From assembly GCA_030704615.1 (NCBI GenBank), contig CM060734.1:49476001-49540000 (forward strand): a stretch of DNA of 64,000 nucleotides, in the 5' to 3' direction. The DNA is from Takakia lepidozioides (lineage: Eukaryota > Plantae > Bryophyta). The notes beneath the pieces were generated by a model. The model was not told the origin of the DNA, made no database searches, and was given only the letters and a program-made list of their open reading frames with translations. Positions 12,292 to 24,598 of this stretch are shown here, piece after piece. A program made the translations under genes and the position numbers. Within the stretch, counting starts at the first letter, position 1. Every line of letters begins with the position of its first letter.

Positions 12292-13560
12292 CACATCATG
12301 TTTGTGTGCATTGCAATGCTTGTGCAAGCCTGACAACCCTTGAGAAGGGCATAGGGATATCATCAAAGCTGGAATTGTACCTAATGTCATTCTAAACACT
12401 GCCCTGGCAGCTCTGGAAAAGGGGAAAGAGGTCCGTGGTGACATCTTCAGAGCTAGAATTGTACCAAATGTCATTCTGAACAATACCCTAGTGGACATGT
12501 ATGCAAAATGTGGGTGCATCGGAGATGCAAAGGGAGTGTTCAACACTATGGCTGAACGAGATGTGGTGTCGTGGAGTGCGATGGTTGCAGGGTATGCACA
12601 GCAGGGATGTGGGATGGAGGCCTTGGAGACCTATGAGCAACTGATGGGGGAAGGGGTCCAGCCCGGTCACATCATGTTTGTATGCATTGCAGGCCTGGCA
12701 GCCCTGGAGAAGGGCAAAGAGGTGCATGGGGATATCATCAAAGCTGGAATTGTATCTAATGTCATTCGAAACACTGCCCTGGCAGCTTTGGAAAAGGGGA
12801 AGGAGGTCCATGGTGACACCTTCAGAGCTGGAATTGTACCAAATGTCATTTTGAACAATACCCTGGTGGACATGTATGCAAAATGTGGGTGCATCGAGGA
12901 TGCAAAGGGAGTGTTCAACACTATGGCTGAACGAGATGTGGTGTCATGGAGTGCGATGCTTGCAGGGTATGCACAGCTGGGACATGGGATGGAGGCTTTG
13001 GAGACCTATGAGCAACTGATGGGGGAAGGGGTCCAGCCCGGCCACATCATGTTTGTATGCATTGCAGGCCTGGCAGCCCTGGAGAAGGGCAAAGAGGTGC
13101 ATGGGGATATCATCAAAGCTGGAATTGTATCTAATGTCATTTGAAACACTGCCCTGGCAGCTCTGGAAAAGGGGAAGGAGGTCCATGGTGACACCTTCAG
13201 AGCTGGAATTGTACCAAATGTCATTTTGAACAATACCCTAGTGGACATGTATGCAAAATGTGGGTGCATCGAGGATGCAAAGGGAGTGTTCAACACTATG
13301 GCTAAACGAGATGTGGTGTCATGGAGTGCGATGCTTGCAAGGTATGCACAGCTGGGACATGGGATGGAGGCTTTGGAGACCTATGAGCAACTGATGGGGG
13401 AAGGGGTCCAGCCCGGCCACATCATGTTTGTATGCATTGCAGGCCTGGCAGCCCTGGAGAAGGGCAAAGAGGTGCATGGAGATATCATGAAAGCTGGAAT
13501 TGATTGCAGGATATGCACAGCAAGGGCGCGGATGGAGGCTTTGGAGACCTATGAGCAATG
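12292..13560 (+). pseudogene. PLS-type PPR pseudogene made of ~3.3 tandem 375-bp units
   Basis: The unit containing LVDMYAKCGCIEDAKGVFNTMAERDVVSWSAM repeats from 12292, 12668, 13043 and 13418. A CGA>TGA stop lies at 13142-13144. Confidence 0.85.
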
Positions 13561-13767
13561 ATGCGGGAAGGGATGATTCCCCGTGGAAAAATAGCTCCAA
13601 GAAACCTGCATGGGTAGATGGTCAACTGGAAGCCGCAGCAGCAGCGACACAATTGATAAAATCAGGCAATGCTAATCAAGGCACCTTCTTCAACACATTT
13701 CACTCTGTTTTCCCCTCTTATCAGAATCGCCCTAAATTTTCATGTTTTAAGAACCCCTGACCGATTC

Positions 13768-14134
13768 CTCTCCATCAAGAAACCTTTGTTTAACCTTGGA
13801 AATTTCTTCATCAAGAAACCTCCTTTGGGGAAGCCTCTTAGGGAACCTCCTAGTAGCCAGTATATATAGGAGGCGAGACTGGACACTCTTCAGTCTCACC
13901 AACAGAAGTTCAAGCTACTCTTGTTCCCAGTCCCAGTACTCCAGTCCAAGCTTCCAGCATTCTAGTATTCAAGTCGAGTTCCAGTATCTTGTACTCTTGT
14001 CCATTGTTATAAAGATCATCTTGATTCATGTTTACCCACCATGCACTCGGCCACGCCGACCTTGACTTCTTGTCTAGTCTTGTACCTCTAGTCTGATCTC
14101 TTGTTTGTGTTCAGTCATGTTCTCGTCCTTGACA
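13768..14134 (+). repeat. partial solo LTR of the Tcn1-like family
   Basis: Starts CTCCATCAAGAAACCTTTGTTTAAC (reverse complement of ~6903-6927), contains TATATATAG and ends TTGACA. Confidence 0.65.
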
Positions 14135-14139
14135 AAACA

Positions 14140-14671
14140 TATATGACTTGTAAAGATGGACTTTGTGGAAGAATCCGTTGATGTGGTCTGTGGGAGTCCG
14201 AGCCATCTTTGAGTATAAGTTTCCAGGTATCAGGGATTGATTGGATGATGAGAGGTATCCCCGAATGGAGACGATTCGCACCCAGAGCCCCTCTCAGGGA
14301 TTGAGGGGAGCTGTCTTAAAGGTGTTTAATTGTGGAGAAGCCTCTAGTTTCCCATGCAGCCCATCTTTTTACAGAACCCCGGTCAGCCACTTATGGGTTA
14401 GGGTCATTAAGGAACAAATGTTGTCTCAAGGTTTCATGGAAAGAAGATGGTTTTTTTCTTTTTCCAAAAAAGGTCTGAGGCAATTCCAGGATTTCCAGAT
14501 TGAGGACCAAAGATGAGAGCCTGGTGATTTGTGATTGAATCCTTGGACAATCCATTTGCTGGATTGTGGCCATAGAACTCGTTACATTAGGGAGGAAGAG
14601 TAGATAGTGTTTGCTACCATTAGCTTCCACCAGCCTCCCTCAGGTCCCAGATATCTGGGTATCCATTTCCC
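14140..14671 (-). mobile_element. L1-like LINE fragment (post-RT region)
   Basis: The minus strand reads GKWIPRYLGPEGGWWKLM...GSHLWSSIWKSW with an internal stop. Confidence 0.55.
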
Positions 14672-14745
14672 TTACTTTTCTAAAATTTGAAGCAACCGGA
14701 ACCACCGGTTATGAAAAAAAAATCAAATGACCGCCCAACACTTGA
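14672..14745. mobile_element. hAT MITE right-end remnant
   Basis: AACCGGAACCACCGGTT...ACCGCCCAACACT matches the TIR of the adjacent hAT element. Confidence 0.55.
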
Positions 14746-15399
14746 ACTCTAGACCTACATGCCACTACACAAGTGGCTTACCACTTGGCCTTGTCGTCGT
14801 GTTGTATTTTCTATCTTCACTGTACGGCTACATTTTGCTCGAGTCTGCACTATCGTACTAGTACTAATGACGACTTCTGAGAACAATGTTTTTTTTGTTT
14901 TTTTTCCCCCTTAAACGGGTATTGTGCAGTTCTTTAAGAGGTTTTTTTGCAGTGTTGGGCGGTTACCCGCCTGGGCCCCGGGTAACCGTCGGTTCCGGTT
15001 CCGGTTATGTGGAACCGAACCGGAACCGGACCCGCCTGTGCAGAACCGGAACCGGAACCGGAACCGGAAATTGGGGATTGCGTGGGAACCGGAACCGGCG
15101 GTTCCAGCTACGACCACATGTGTGGGAACCGGGTTTGGGGACTCCAAAGCGGTTCCAGTTCCGGTTCCACCCATGGGCTGTAGCCCTAAGTGTCTCTACA
15201 ACTCATCCAGCTCGCTCTCTCTCGCATACATCTTGCTCGCTACTCCAGTCCAGGTAAGGTTTGTGTTCCATGTCTCCATTTTCTACTTTATTGTTTGATT
15301 TCTCTCTCGCTCTCATTTCATCTCCATCTCCATTCTCTTTCCCTCTTAGGTCGATTGATTTAATGTGTTGTTTGTTTATTTTCTTCTCAGTTTATCGCA

Positions 15400-16260
15400 C
15401 AAGAGGGGGCTGATCTCTCTTCTGCTGCTGTGGCAGGTGGTGGACACAAAGGGAAGGAGTGTGAGCAGGAGGGCCCCGCCAACCAGCCGTCGCTTATTGT
15501 TGGTGAGCATCCACCATGTTCTTGTTTTTTTTTAATTTTTTGGTTTAGCGGAGCTGATGGGCCCCATGCTCTTGTATTGTGGTAAGTGGCGCATTGGAGG
15601 GAGGAAGTGCCAGCAGGAGGGCCCGCGCAACCAGCCCCTTGTTGGTAAGCATCCACCACTTTTGGTTATTTTACTGTTTTTAGCTTTAGTTCACCATGAA
15701 GCTAATCAGCTTCCTCCTTTTCTGCTATGGCATGTGGTGCAAGAGGTAGGGAGGACGAGTAAAGAGGGCCCACCTGCAACCAGGCGGCTCCTTGGTCCAT
15801 GGTAATCATTGCTCATCATTTTTTTTTTTTTTTTTTTTTTTTTTTCCTGTTTTCTTTGATGATATACCAAGGGGCTGATAGCCCCTTGCTCCACTATGGT
15901 AGATTTTACATTGGAGGGAGCACAAGCAAAGAGGGGCCCACCAACCAGCCCACATTACCCACCGGTAAGTATCTTCCATTTCTTTAAATTTTTTTAATTC
16001 TTGATACAATTGGGGGTTGATAAGATAGCCCCTTTGGCTTCTGTTATAGCAGATTCTGCATGAGAGGGAGGGAGCTCAAAGTAGGGAGGGACCTGCCAAC
16101 CAGCCACCATTACCCGCTTGTAACTCCCTTTCATTGAGCTTTAATTTTTTAGTTGTTTAAATTTTTGTTAAAAGAGGGGCTGATTAGCCCATTGCTCTTG
16201 CGCTACGGCTGATCGTGCATGGGAGGGAAAGGAGGGCAAGTAGGAAGGCTGGCTGGGGAT
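15400..16260. repeat. degenerate ~150-bp tandem repeat (~6 copies) inside the hAT
   Basis: GGGGCTGAT...GAGGGCCC..AACCAGCC..GGTAAG units recur, separated by T-rich tracts. Confidence 0.7.
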
Positions 16261-16339
16261 TTCTCAACAGAGTTGACATTATTGGAATGGCGGATGGCTC
16301 GAGAGGTGGTATATGTCTTGGAACCATTTTTTTTTTTTT

Positions 16340-16991
16340 GGAAGGGTTTCAATCGCGCAAAGCTCACAATATGCTCGCGCTTATGCTTGACCCACGTTAC
16401 AAGGGGTTGTCATTGGTATCACAATATGTGGGCAAAGAGCGTGCTTTGCATATTGTGTCCCAATATGATAGCATGGTGTTAGAGCCTCTTTTGATAAAGT
16501 GTTTCAAGGTCTTACATCCGGATACTCCGGCCCAATCACAGCCCACTTCCACAATGGACGAGATGTCCTTATTTGGTGTGCATGACCACAATGAAGACAT
16601 GACATTGACAGTAGTGAGAGAACAACTATCACATTTCAGAAGGACGAAGATAATTGAGGGTGAGTGCGTGGCTCCTTTGAAATGGTGGAAAGAACACGAG
16701 TCTCTCTTTCCGTATGTGGGGTTTTTGGCACGGCTAATCTTGGGCATAGTTGGATCTCAGATTGAAGCTGAGAGGGTTTTTAGTATTGCAGGTGTCATAA
16801 CAAACTTGAGACGGTGCAGGTTAAATATTGAAAACCTTGATATGCTTGTGAGTGTAGTCAAGAATTGGCCAAATGATGCTAGAGTTGGTTGCTTTAGTAC
16901 TTCCATGAAAGAGTTTTTGGATAGGGAAGAAGTCCTCTTAGATGAGAATGAGGACTTGATTGCAGAGGCAAACCTCTTTGAGGTAGAATGA
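16340..16991 (+). pseudogene. hAT transposase C-terminal fragment with dimerisation domain
   Basis: MLDPRYK...PLKWWK...LARLILGIVGSQIEAERVFSIAG; the N-terminal part is missing. Confidence 0.9.
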
Positions 16992-18266
16992 TTTGTCTTA
17001 GAGACAAATTATTGTTCAACATATTACACTATACTCCTTTGATTGGAGTTTGTTTATTTGTCATTTTTATTGAAAATTTCAGTGACATCCCGTGTACTTA
17101 GTTTGTTGTATGCTATATTGACAAAGCATCATCCAAAAAACACAAATTTATGTAGTTTTTTTTAGTTGTGCTTTTGCTGCACCATAAAAGGTAACCATAG
17201 AATTACACATGTTTAATTTGTTTTGTATTTTGAATTAAGATCCTTATGTAGTTAGTTAGTTTTAGTTGTTCTTTGCTACACCGTACGAAAACTTATAAAA
17301 TCTCTGGTTTTCCGTTTTTAATGGAGACCATGCGTATTTAACTAGTTATATATACCATAAAAGACAATCACAAAAAACATATAAGTTTATTTACTTCTGT
17401 TTTACTAATAAATTCCCTGGTTTTAGTTGAAAATTCTCAGTATGACCAATCAATTTTCCAGAAGAATAAAAAAATTAAAAGAATTTAATATATTAAAAAA
17501 AAGAAGAACCGGAACCTAACCGGGAACTGGTGTTTTTTTTCCAGCAACTAACCGGTAACCGGAACCGCCCCCATGTTAAAAAGTCAGAACCTGAACCGGA
17601 CCGGAACCGCCTTAATAAAAAATAACCGGATCCGGATCCGGAACCGTCTCTTCAAAAATTTGTGGAACCGGAACCGAAGGTTCCTTCACAAAGGCAAGAA
17701 CCGCCCAACACTGGTTTTTTGCTCGGTTATTTGAATGCATGACCTCCGTCGGTTCCTAACTGGACCGGCTACTTCTTTTTTTCACCTCCGCCAGTCACAT
17801 ATACATATAACCGGATAGGTAACCGCCGGGTACTAGAGAGGAATTCAAATAACCCCCCAACATTGGTTCAAACTTCAATGTGTCTCTCTGCCTTGGGGCT
17901 GGGGCTCTGCCCCTTAAATGCCTCCCTGGCTCAGAAAGGGGGTTTATTTTTCCGCTCAAAGCCCAGTTACTGGGGCTGGTGGTTCCTTGGAAAAAGAAAA
18001 AGAAAACCCGAAAAGGGTGGCGGGTCGACCCCCCGATTGAGCGGGCGAGAGTATGACACGTGCAGAACAGGGGATATAGGCAAAGCAGCATGCGCTGCAT
18101 GCTGATCTCTGCACCACGTCTGCCGCGTGGTGGCCTGGAAAGGAACCCATCGACGCCATCGCAATTGCTCACACTTGGATCTCTTCTCCGATTTTGGCTT
18201 GCTGCCAGGAATTCACAGAGAAATTTTTGTTTGTGGGTTGGAAGAGCAAGTGAGTAAGTAGCAGGC

Positions 18267-20713
18267 ATGGCGGCGGCGTCAGGACCAGGACCGGTGGCTC
18301 AGCCGGAGCATCTGCCAGGGGAGCCTACCAACACAAGCACCACCATGCTGGAGACGGCAGCATCTGCATTTCAAAGCTTTAAACCCATCAAACAGATCCA
18401 TGGACACCTGTGCGCGTATGTGTTTGTTCGGATTTCCTTACTAGCTCCTCAATTTGAGTGCTTGCATTTTCCCTCTCCTTGTTTGTTGCCTATTTTTCTA
18501 GATCCGATCGCAGAGAGGGACAATTGTTAGGATTCGTAAACACTTTGGAACGGAGAAGAGTCAGCTGTAGCATTACCTCCGCCATTTTCTCTCTTGAGCA
18601 GCATGTTGATGTCCAAAAGACTCTGCCACTAGTCAACGCAGGTGCCACATCATCACGAGGCTAATACTTGACATTTTTTTCTCAAATCTCTCTTTGGGTC
18701 CGTTTCGGATATCGATATCGAGGCTCGATCGTTTTCCTCGTCCCCTTATGTATTAGATGATTCCATGGGAATGCAGACTCTGACTTCAGGTCTATTGTTA
18801 GAGTTGACTGTAGGATTCTAAGTCATAACCTGCGGTGTTATGATGGAGGCTATGATCTTTGTAAGCGTACAGAACATCCTTAATTAGTACTTAACGAGGT
18901 TCATGCTAAGATTCAATGTGACTTGAAACAATTTCATCTATTGAGGATAGGGCTTTTGTGGGATTTGCTGGCAACTTGTTGTTGGTAAAGTCTGTGCCAA
19001 TGCCTACTCTTGAGTGCGGATGGGTCCAGGACAATTCTCAAATTTGTTCTGTTCCAGGTTCCATCTCTACGCCTATGATATGGGAAGGCAAGTTGAGTCG
19101 CATCATTTTTGCACCCATTACAACCAGGATATGCGGCAGTGTGTGATTTATGACAGCCCCGAGGCCAATGCTCGCCTCATCGGCATCGAGTACATTATCT
19201 CTGAGAAACTTTTCGGCACATTGCCTGAAGAAGAGAAGAAATTGTGGCACACACACGAGTACGAAGTAAAGAGCGGGATCCTTTTCATGCCTGGGGTTCC
19301 AGGAGTGGCTGAGCATGCAGAGCTTGACGAAGTATGTGATTCTATCAATGTATTATTTCTGATGTTGAGGCTTTTCCTACAGGAGGAGATTGTTGTGATG
19401 AATACAGTTTGATAATTGTAAGTCAGGAGCTGAATTTCATAATTTCAGGTTGTCTTCATGCAACAACTTAATGCCTTCCACAGATTTCTGGGAAGGTCTG
19501 TCCATTTCAGCCATGAGTTCCATGTGCCATTTATGAATTCAGAAGATGCCAGTTTCAACAGGAAGGTTTAAAAGGCCACTTGGCTTCAAAGTCAAGTATT
19601 GTATGGAAAGATCTGGGAGAGATCTCTGTTAGCAGGCCTTCATTTGAGTACATTGTTCCCTCTGACAAAAGGCTTTAAAGATAAATCTTCCATTTTTGTA
19701 ATGTAGAACAGAAAACATGAAAGTCTGAAGTAACTTGGTCATATTTGGATATCTGATCGGCACGTTGTATTCTCATGCTGATCAGGTGGCAAAAACCTAT
19801 GGTAAAGTGTTCCACTTCTGGCAGTTTGACCGCGGGGACACTCTCCCATTGGGCCCACCACAGCTCATGATGTCTTTCACTGACGATGGCCAGCTAGACC
19901 CAGCTCTTGCCGCAGGTATATACTTTCAAGCTCAAAATCAATGCAGTAAGATTGTACTCATAAGTCGTTGTTTGCCGTAGCCTTGTGGCCATTGACCCTG
20001 CGCCCAGTTTGAGCGGGAACAAACGGGACAGAACCTACCTCTGTCAGGGGCTGACGTTTGTAGTAAGACTTACCTTCATATATAGAATTAATCCGGGAAA
20101 TCAATGCAGTAAGAGAAGAACAGGGAGAGAAAGGGAGGAAGACATTTTATGACATTCACACACAGCCCAAGGAGAACCCACTGGAGGCCTGTGAGAAAGA
20201 TAAACAACAAAACAAAGATGAATTCATCAAATTGGTGTCCACAAGAAAAGAAAACAATTACTAACATTGCTTGGAAGGTAGACTGCCTCTGCAAATAAAA
20301 CAGGTAGCAGAGAGTTAGCTGGCCTGCATTTTGGAATTCCCAGTTGCTTTGACTATTTAAGTCGAAAAGAACTATTCCTTCAACCTGAGAGGAACCTTGG
20401 TCAATTTAGACATGACTTTGAGGTCTGAGTGACTTTCAACCATAGTTTTAACTTCCTGTTCTGCACAAGTTTAAATGATTTCTCCCTCATCTGGTAGGGA
20501 CTTCACATAGCATAGCTGATGAATGATTACCTGTTGTGTGCATGAGCAATAGACGTGGAAAAACGATTTGGAGTTTCATTTGAAAAGAACCGGGAGGCTC
20601 GCAAAGACATCAAGGGCCCCTCCTACATCGATCCTGCAGCTAACCCATGGCTAAAGGGAAAGGGATTGTTCCCTGTGCTTAAGGAGGTTGACTGCAAGCC
20701 TACCACTACCTGA
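18267..20713 (+). CDS. OBAP: oil body-associated protein (DUF1264 family); exons 18267-18415, 19058-19331, 19786-19915, 20553-20713
   Basis: The spliced product reads [15 protein letters not shown]|[18 protein letters not shown]...[12 protein letters not shown]...|[32 protein letters not shown]...|[10 protein letters not shown]. All introns are GT-AG and in frame. Confidence 0.92.
19953..20093 (-). repeat. 3' UTR fragment of the RTEX-like LINE in OBAP intron 3
   Basis: Near-identical to ~22632-22773 (GTACTCATAAG...CATATATAGAATTAATC). Confidence 0.8.
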
Positions 20714-22384
20714 AGACCACGTTGTGAGGGTTGAACGCGGCCAAGCAGTCATTTTAGCACGGCGCTGGCACCCGGCCACTGCATGTCCCCCAGGCACATG
20801 TATTTGTGCTCGGCAGTGAACCAATTGGTACTGGTGGTGCCTGGAGGCGACGAGAGTTTGAGTGAACTTGTTTGAGCTCCTGCAATCAAACACAAACTTG
20901 CGTTACATTCAAGAAGTAGTTGCTGCAGTTTTGATTAGGTTGATACGCTTTCGATCTCCATTAATGTCTGGCGCAGTAACGTGGAAACTGGAAACTGGAT
21001 GTAGATTTGCAGATTGTAAAAATTTCACCTGAAATTTTTAACTTAGACATCGAGAGCTAATTACTAGATTCGTATGGATGCTTTCCAAATTATGTACTAG
21101 TTGGGGTAGACAGATAGGCTAACTCTCGCCAGGGGAGGGGAGCTCTATTTCTTCAAGAAACGTGAGCTTGACATTCACCCGAGGCTGTGCCTGGAGCGTC
21201 CTAGGAATATATGCACGTCGATAAATAACATTTGGACACAGCACCATGGAAGAGATGATATGTAGAATAGATTGCCCATACCTGCAAATCGTGCAATGCG
21301 GTGTTCGGTGCCCCGATGGGGAAAACCAACTCATGCTCCCCATTGGATGATGCCAGACCTGCAGGAGACACAACTGCGACCCTGAACACTACGTCTATGG
21401 AGGAGATCAGTTCTTGCTACAGCATTCCCTGGACTACAGAAATTTATGCATGTAGTACATGAATTCTTATTTGTTGAAGTCATGTGCAACTTCAAGCTGT
21501 GATATAAGCAGTGGAATTGTTCCAACCCAGTGATGCCGCTCTCGGGATATGCATCTACAAGACTGAAATGTCGTAGTACTAGTAATTTATACCGAGGTCA
21601 CTTTCATGAGATTGTTGTTTCGGTAGCATGCAATCCAAAATGATAACCTTTGTAGTCAGGAGGGAAATGAGAAGAGGTTCACGTGCACACTATGTACCTC
21701 TGTGCAGAAGATGGCGAGAGCGTGTGCTTGCACCAGAGACAAAGAGGACCTGCATGCTACCAGTTATCTTGATGATGTACAATTGTGCGCCTTGCAAAGT
21801 TTTTAGTTCTTATTTCAAGTACCTTCCACGGATCTAGCGTACATGGATGGATGTCAACAAATTTCTTAGCTGGTGGGACGATTCGGTTTGCAACAGAAGA
21901 ACTAGATCTAGTCGATGTTTGACACAGCTTATGGTTCATTACTCCGTGATAACTTCTAAATAGGATTTGATCAAATCAGATGAACCATATAAGCTATGTA
22001 GGGTTGAGCCAGGCTGCAACCAAAGCATGCAAGGACCGACTTCTTCTGTATAGCTCTTCCACTAGAGTGTAAATGTTATGGGACATATCCTGACACCATG
22101 GGACAGTTAACAAGGAAGTTGCCTGTGTCTCTGCTCCTATGAGTAATCCAGAGTCCTTAAAGCCCTTGGACATTCATGCATCCTAAGTTTAATATGGCAC
22201 ATGGCAGGGTCACCTCAAATAACTGAAATTTCACGTGATCATAATGAATGGATCATAATAAGACACTACAGAGTAGCACTAGCATGATTCTCCCCATTTG
22301 AAATGGAAAGAATATGCATACACAGTGCCTATGTCCCACCGGATTTGTTGCCGCCTCACCATATTCTCACAATGTCTCCCTCTA

Positions 22385-23700
22385 TGAGAGAGAGAATGTA
22401 CTCATAAGCCATTGTTTGCTATAGCCTTGTGGCCATAGACCCCGTGCCCAGTTTGGGCGGAACAATCTCAGTCAGCCAGAGAGATAGAGAGAATGTACTC
22501 AGAAGATGTTGTTTGCCGTAGCCTTGTGGCCATTGACCACGCGCCCAGTTTGAGCGGAACACAAAGGGACAGAACCTGCCTTTGTCACGGTGACGCCGGT
22601 AGTAAGACGTACCTTGGAATAAAGAGAGATTGTACTCATAAGACGTTGTTTGCCGTAGCCTTGTGGCCATTGACCCCGTGCCCAGTTTGAGCGGGAACAA
22701 AAAAGGGACAGAACCTACCTCTGTCGGGGGCTGACGTTGGTAGTAAGACTTACCTTCATATATAGAATTAATCGGGGTTTTCCAGATATCCTCTAGAAAT
22801 CCCTTCACACAAGCATCAACCTGTGTGTGATTTGCCCAAAAACTAGGCCTCAGGAGGGCCTGGGCTTTTGGCTCAGCCTCGAGACTTTCGAAGTTGGTAA
22901 ACAATTCCCTTGATAGATTTGAAGAGAGCGTCTCTTTGGTGAGAGAACCCCGGACAGTGTATCAGAAAATGAATACTGTCTTCAGATTGCCCACACAACG
23001 GGCAATTGCACTCTCCCTTTCCTCTCTGCTTCTGTTTGCTGTTCAAAGGTAGGCTTCCTGCCCTTAGTTTAAATTTCAGTCTAGTGCCGAGAGAGGGTAG
23101 ACCCTTGAGGTCATCCAAGATGTCCTCCCCCATGTCACTGACTGGAAACAAGTTCAGGGAAGTTTTCTGCCTAACTTCATTTTCATCAGACAATCTCATG
23201 GCAACAGACATGGCTTTGGACACTACAGCCTCTAAGTCAGATTTATCCGGCAGGGTCAAGACTTGCGGATCCAGGTCCAGGTCCTTGAGAATCTCTTCTA
23301 CTCTCTTCTGCCAGGACTTAGCCTGTTTGACAGGGCGGTCCTGTTTCCAAGATATAGAGTCGATTAACTTGGGATATCTGGTGTTGGACATATGTTGCAG
23401 CTGACCCCACCATCCGACCTTGAATTCATCTCGTCGAGAGCTTAAGGACGGAATGCCAAACTCACCCCGAACAGCCACATTGGCTGTTTTGGAGCATGCT
23501 GACATACACTCCTTAAGCACCCCCACTTGAATGGATTCTAGAGACTTAGCCTGGTTGGAGTTATCAACCCATATAGCAGATCCGTACTCCAAGGCAGGTC
23601 TAATAACGCGACAAAGCATGGTTTTCTTAACCTCAGAGTTGACCCCTCTGCAGTGGAAAAATTTAGTGAGCCCCAGAGCTTTGCCCTTGCCAGTTTGAAC
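22385..23700 (-). mobile_element. 5'-truncated non-LTR retrotransposon (RTEX-like) with triplicated 3' end and TC tail
   Basis: ORF 22873-23619 reads IRPALEYGSAIW, LESIQ, AVRGEFG, KLRAGSLPL, CPLC..EDSIHFLIHC. Three tandem 3' units lie at 22392-22775. Confidence 0.75.
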
Positions 23701-23709
23701 AAAGAGAAT

Positions 23710-23710
<1 letters not shown>

Positions 23711-23747
<37 letters not shown>

Positions 23748-23815
23748 AGGACATCCTTTGCCTGAGCCTTGTGGAGAGAATGTACTCATAAGACTTGTTT
23801 GCCATAGCCTTGTGG
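23711..23815 (-). repeat. (GA)n microsatellite plus a further LINE 3'-end fragment
   Basis: (GA)n at ~23711-23745; GAGAATGTACTCATAAG...GCCTTGTGG at ~23776-23814. Confidence 0.75.
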
Positions 23816-24232
23816 AGACGGAGCATTCTAAGCAATGGGAGCTCCCAACAATTTGCTAGAATGGTTGAGGATTCCCAGGCTGTGCTCCCCGTCTAGTGGC
23901 AAAGCAGTAAAAAATCTCCTCTGTGACTTTTTGCTGATTTAATTTTTTGATTCTCTTCTTCATCAGTTTTTCCCTTGTTGAATATGCATCTCACAGAAAG
24001 ATAGTCTCTTTGGCTAGGGCTAGCTTGGGGAACCTGACTTTTCTTTTGTGTTAAGCCGACTGTGTTTGAAGATGCAGCAACCAGGCAAGCTGCATTGCCA
24101 GTGGGAAAATTATCTCGACAGGCGATGGTCTGCTACAGCAGGGCCAGTAAAATCTAGGGCAGCAACACAGCTGGACAATCTTTCAGGCTTGACCTGCCAT
24201 TTGAAGGTGATCTTGTGCAGTTTTCATCTGTC

Positions 24233-24598
24233 TCACCTGTAATCCCCAAACAAACCCCATCTTAATAGTGGTGACAACTGTTGGCATCCCGTACAAAACA
24301 GTACACCTAACTTTCCTAGAGAGCAAATTGGTCGCAGTATTGCAATCACCACACACCCCAAGTTCTTGATGATGTGAATAGGTGTACCTGGGAGCGTGCT
24401 GATCAGCCCAACATCAATGGCTAGCTTCTCCTGTGGTGGAGTGCTTCTCCTCCAAGTTCATGCAATACACAGAGTGCATCAGGCACATACCCAGCCTCCT
24501 TCATCGGCCCAGACAATCTCTTCATACCAACCTGGACTTCCTCAATTTGTGGATGCAATCAACCTTCAACAAAGACTGTATGCACCTTGTTGTCCAAC
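24233..24598 (-). pseudogene. decayed E+/DYW deaminase domain downstream of the PPR stop
   Basis: Out-of-frame remnants HPQIEEV..MKEAGYVPD, EKLAIDVGLISTLPGTPIHIIKNL, CGDCNTA, VRDANSCHHY*DG and GDYR*, with several frameshifts and stops. Confidence 0.85.

Larger units (their letters stand above)
14950..17713 (+). mobile_element. hAT DNA transposon, internally deleted
   Basis: TIRs CAGTGTTGGGCGGTT / AACCGCCCAACACTG, near-perfect 8-bp TSD GTTTTTTG (left copy has one extra T), (GGAACC)n subterminal repeats at both ends, and a transposase C-terminus. Confidence 0.92.

Noticed and set aside
14886-15298. ORFs rich in RNRNR/GTGTG
   Set aside because: Translations of the hAT (GGAACC)n subterminal repeats, not proteins.
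22392-22775. Repeat-spacer-like array suggesting CRISPR
   Set aside because: Eukaryotic context, ~75-nt units, no cas genes; explained as reiterated LINE 3' ends.
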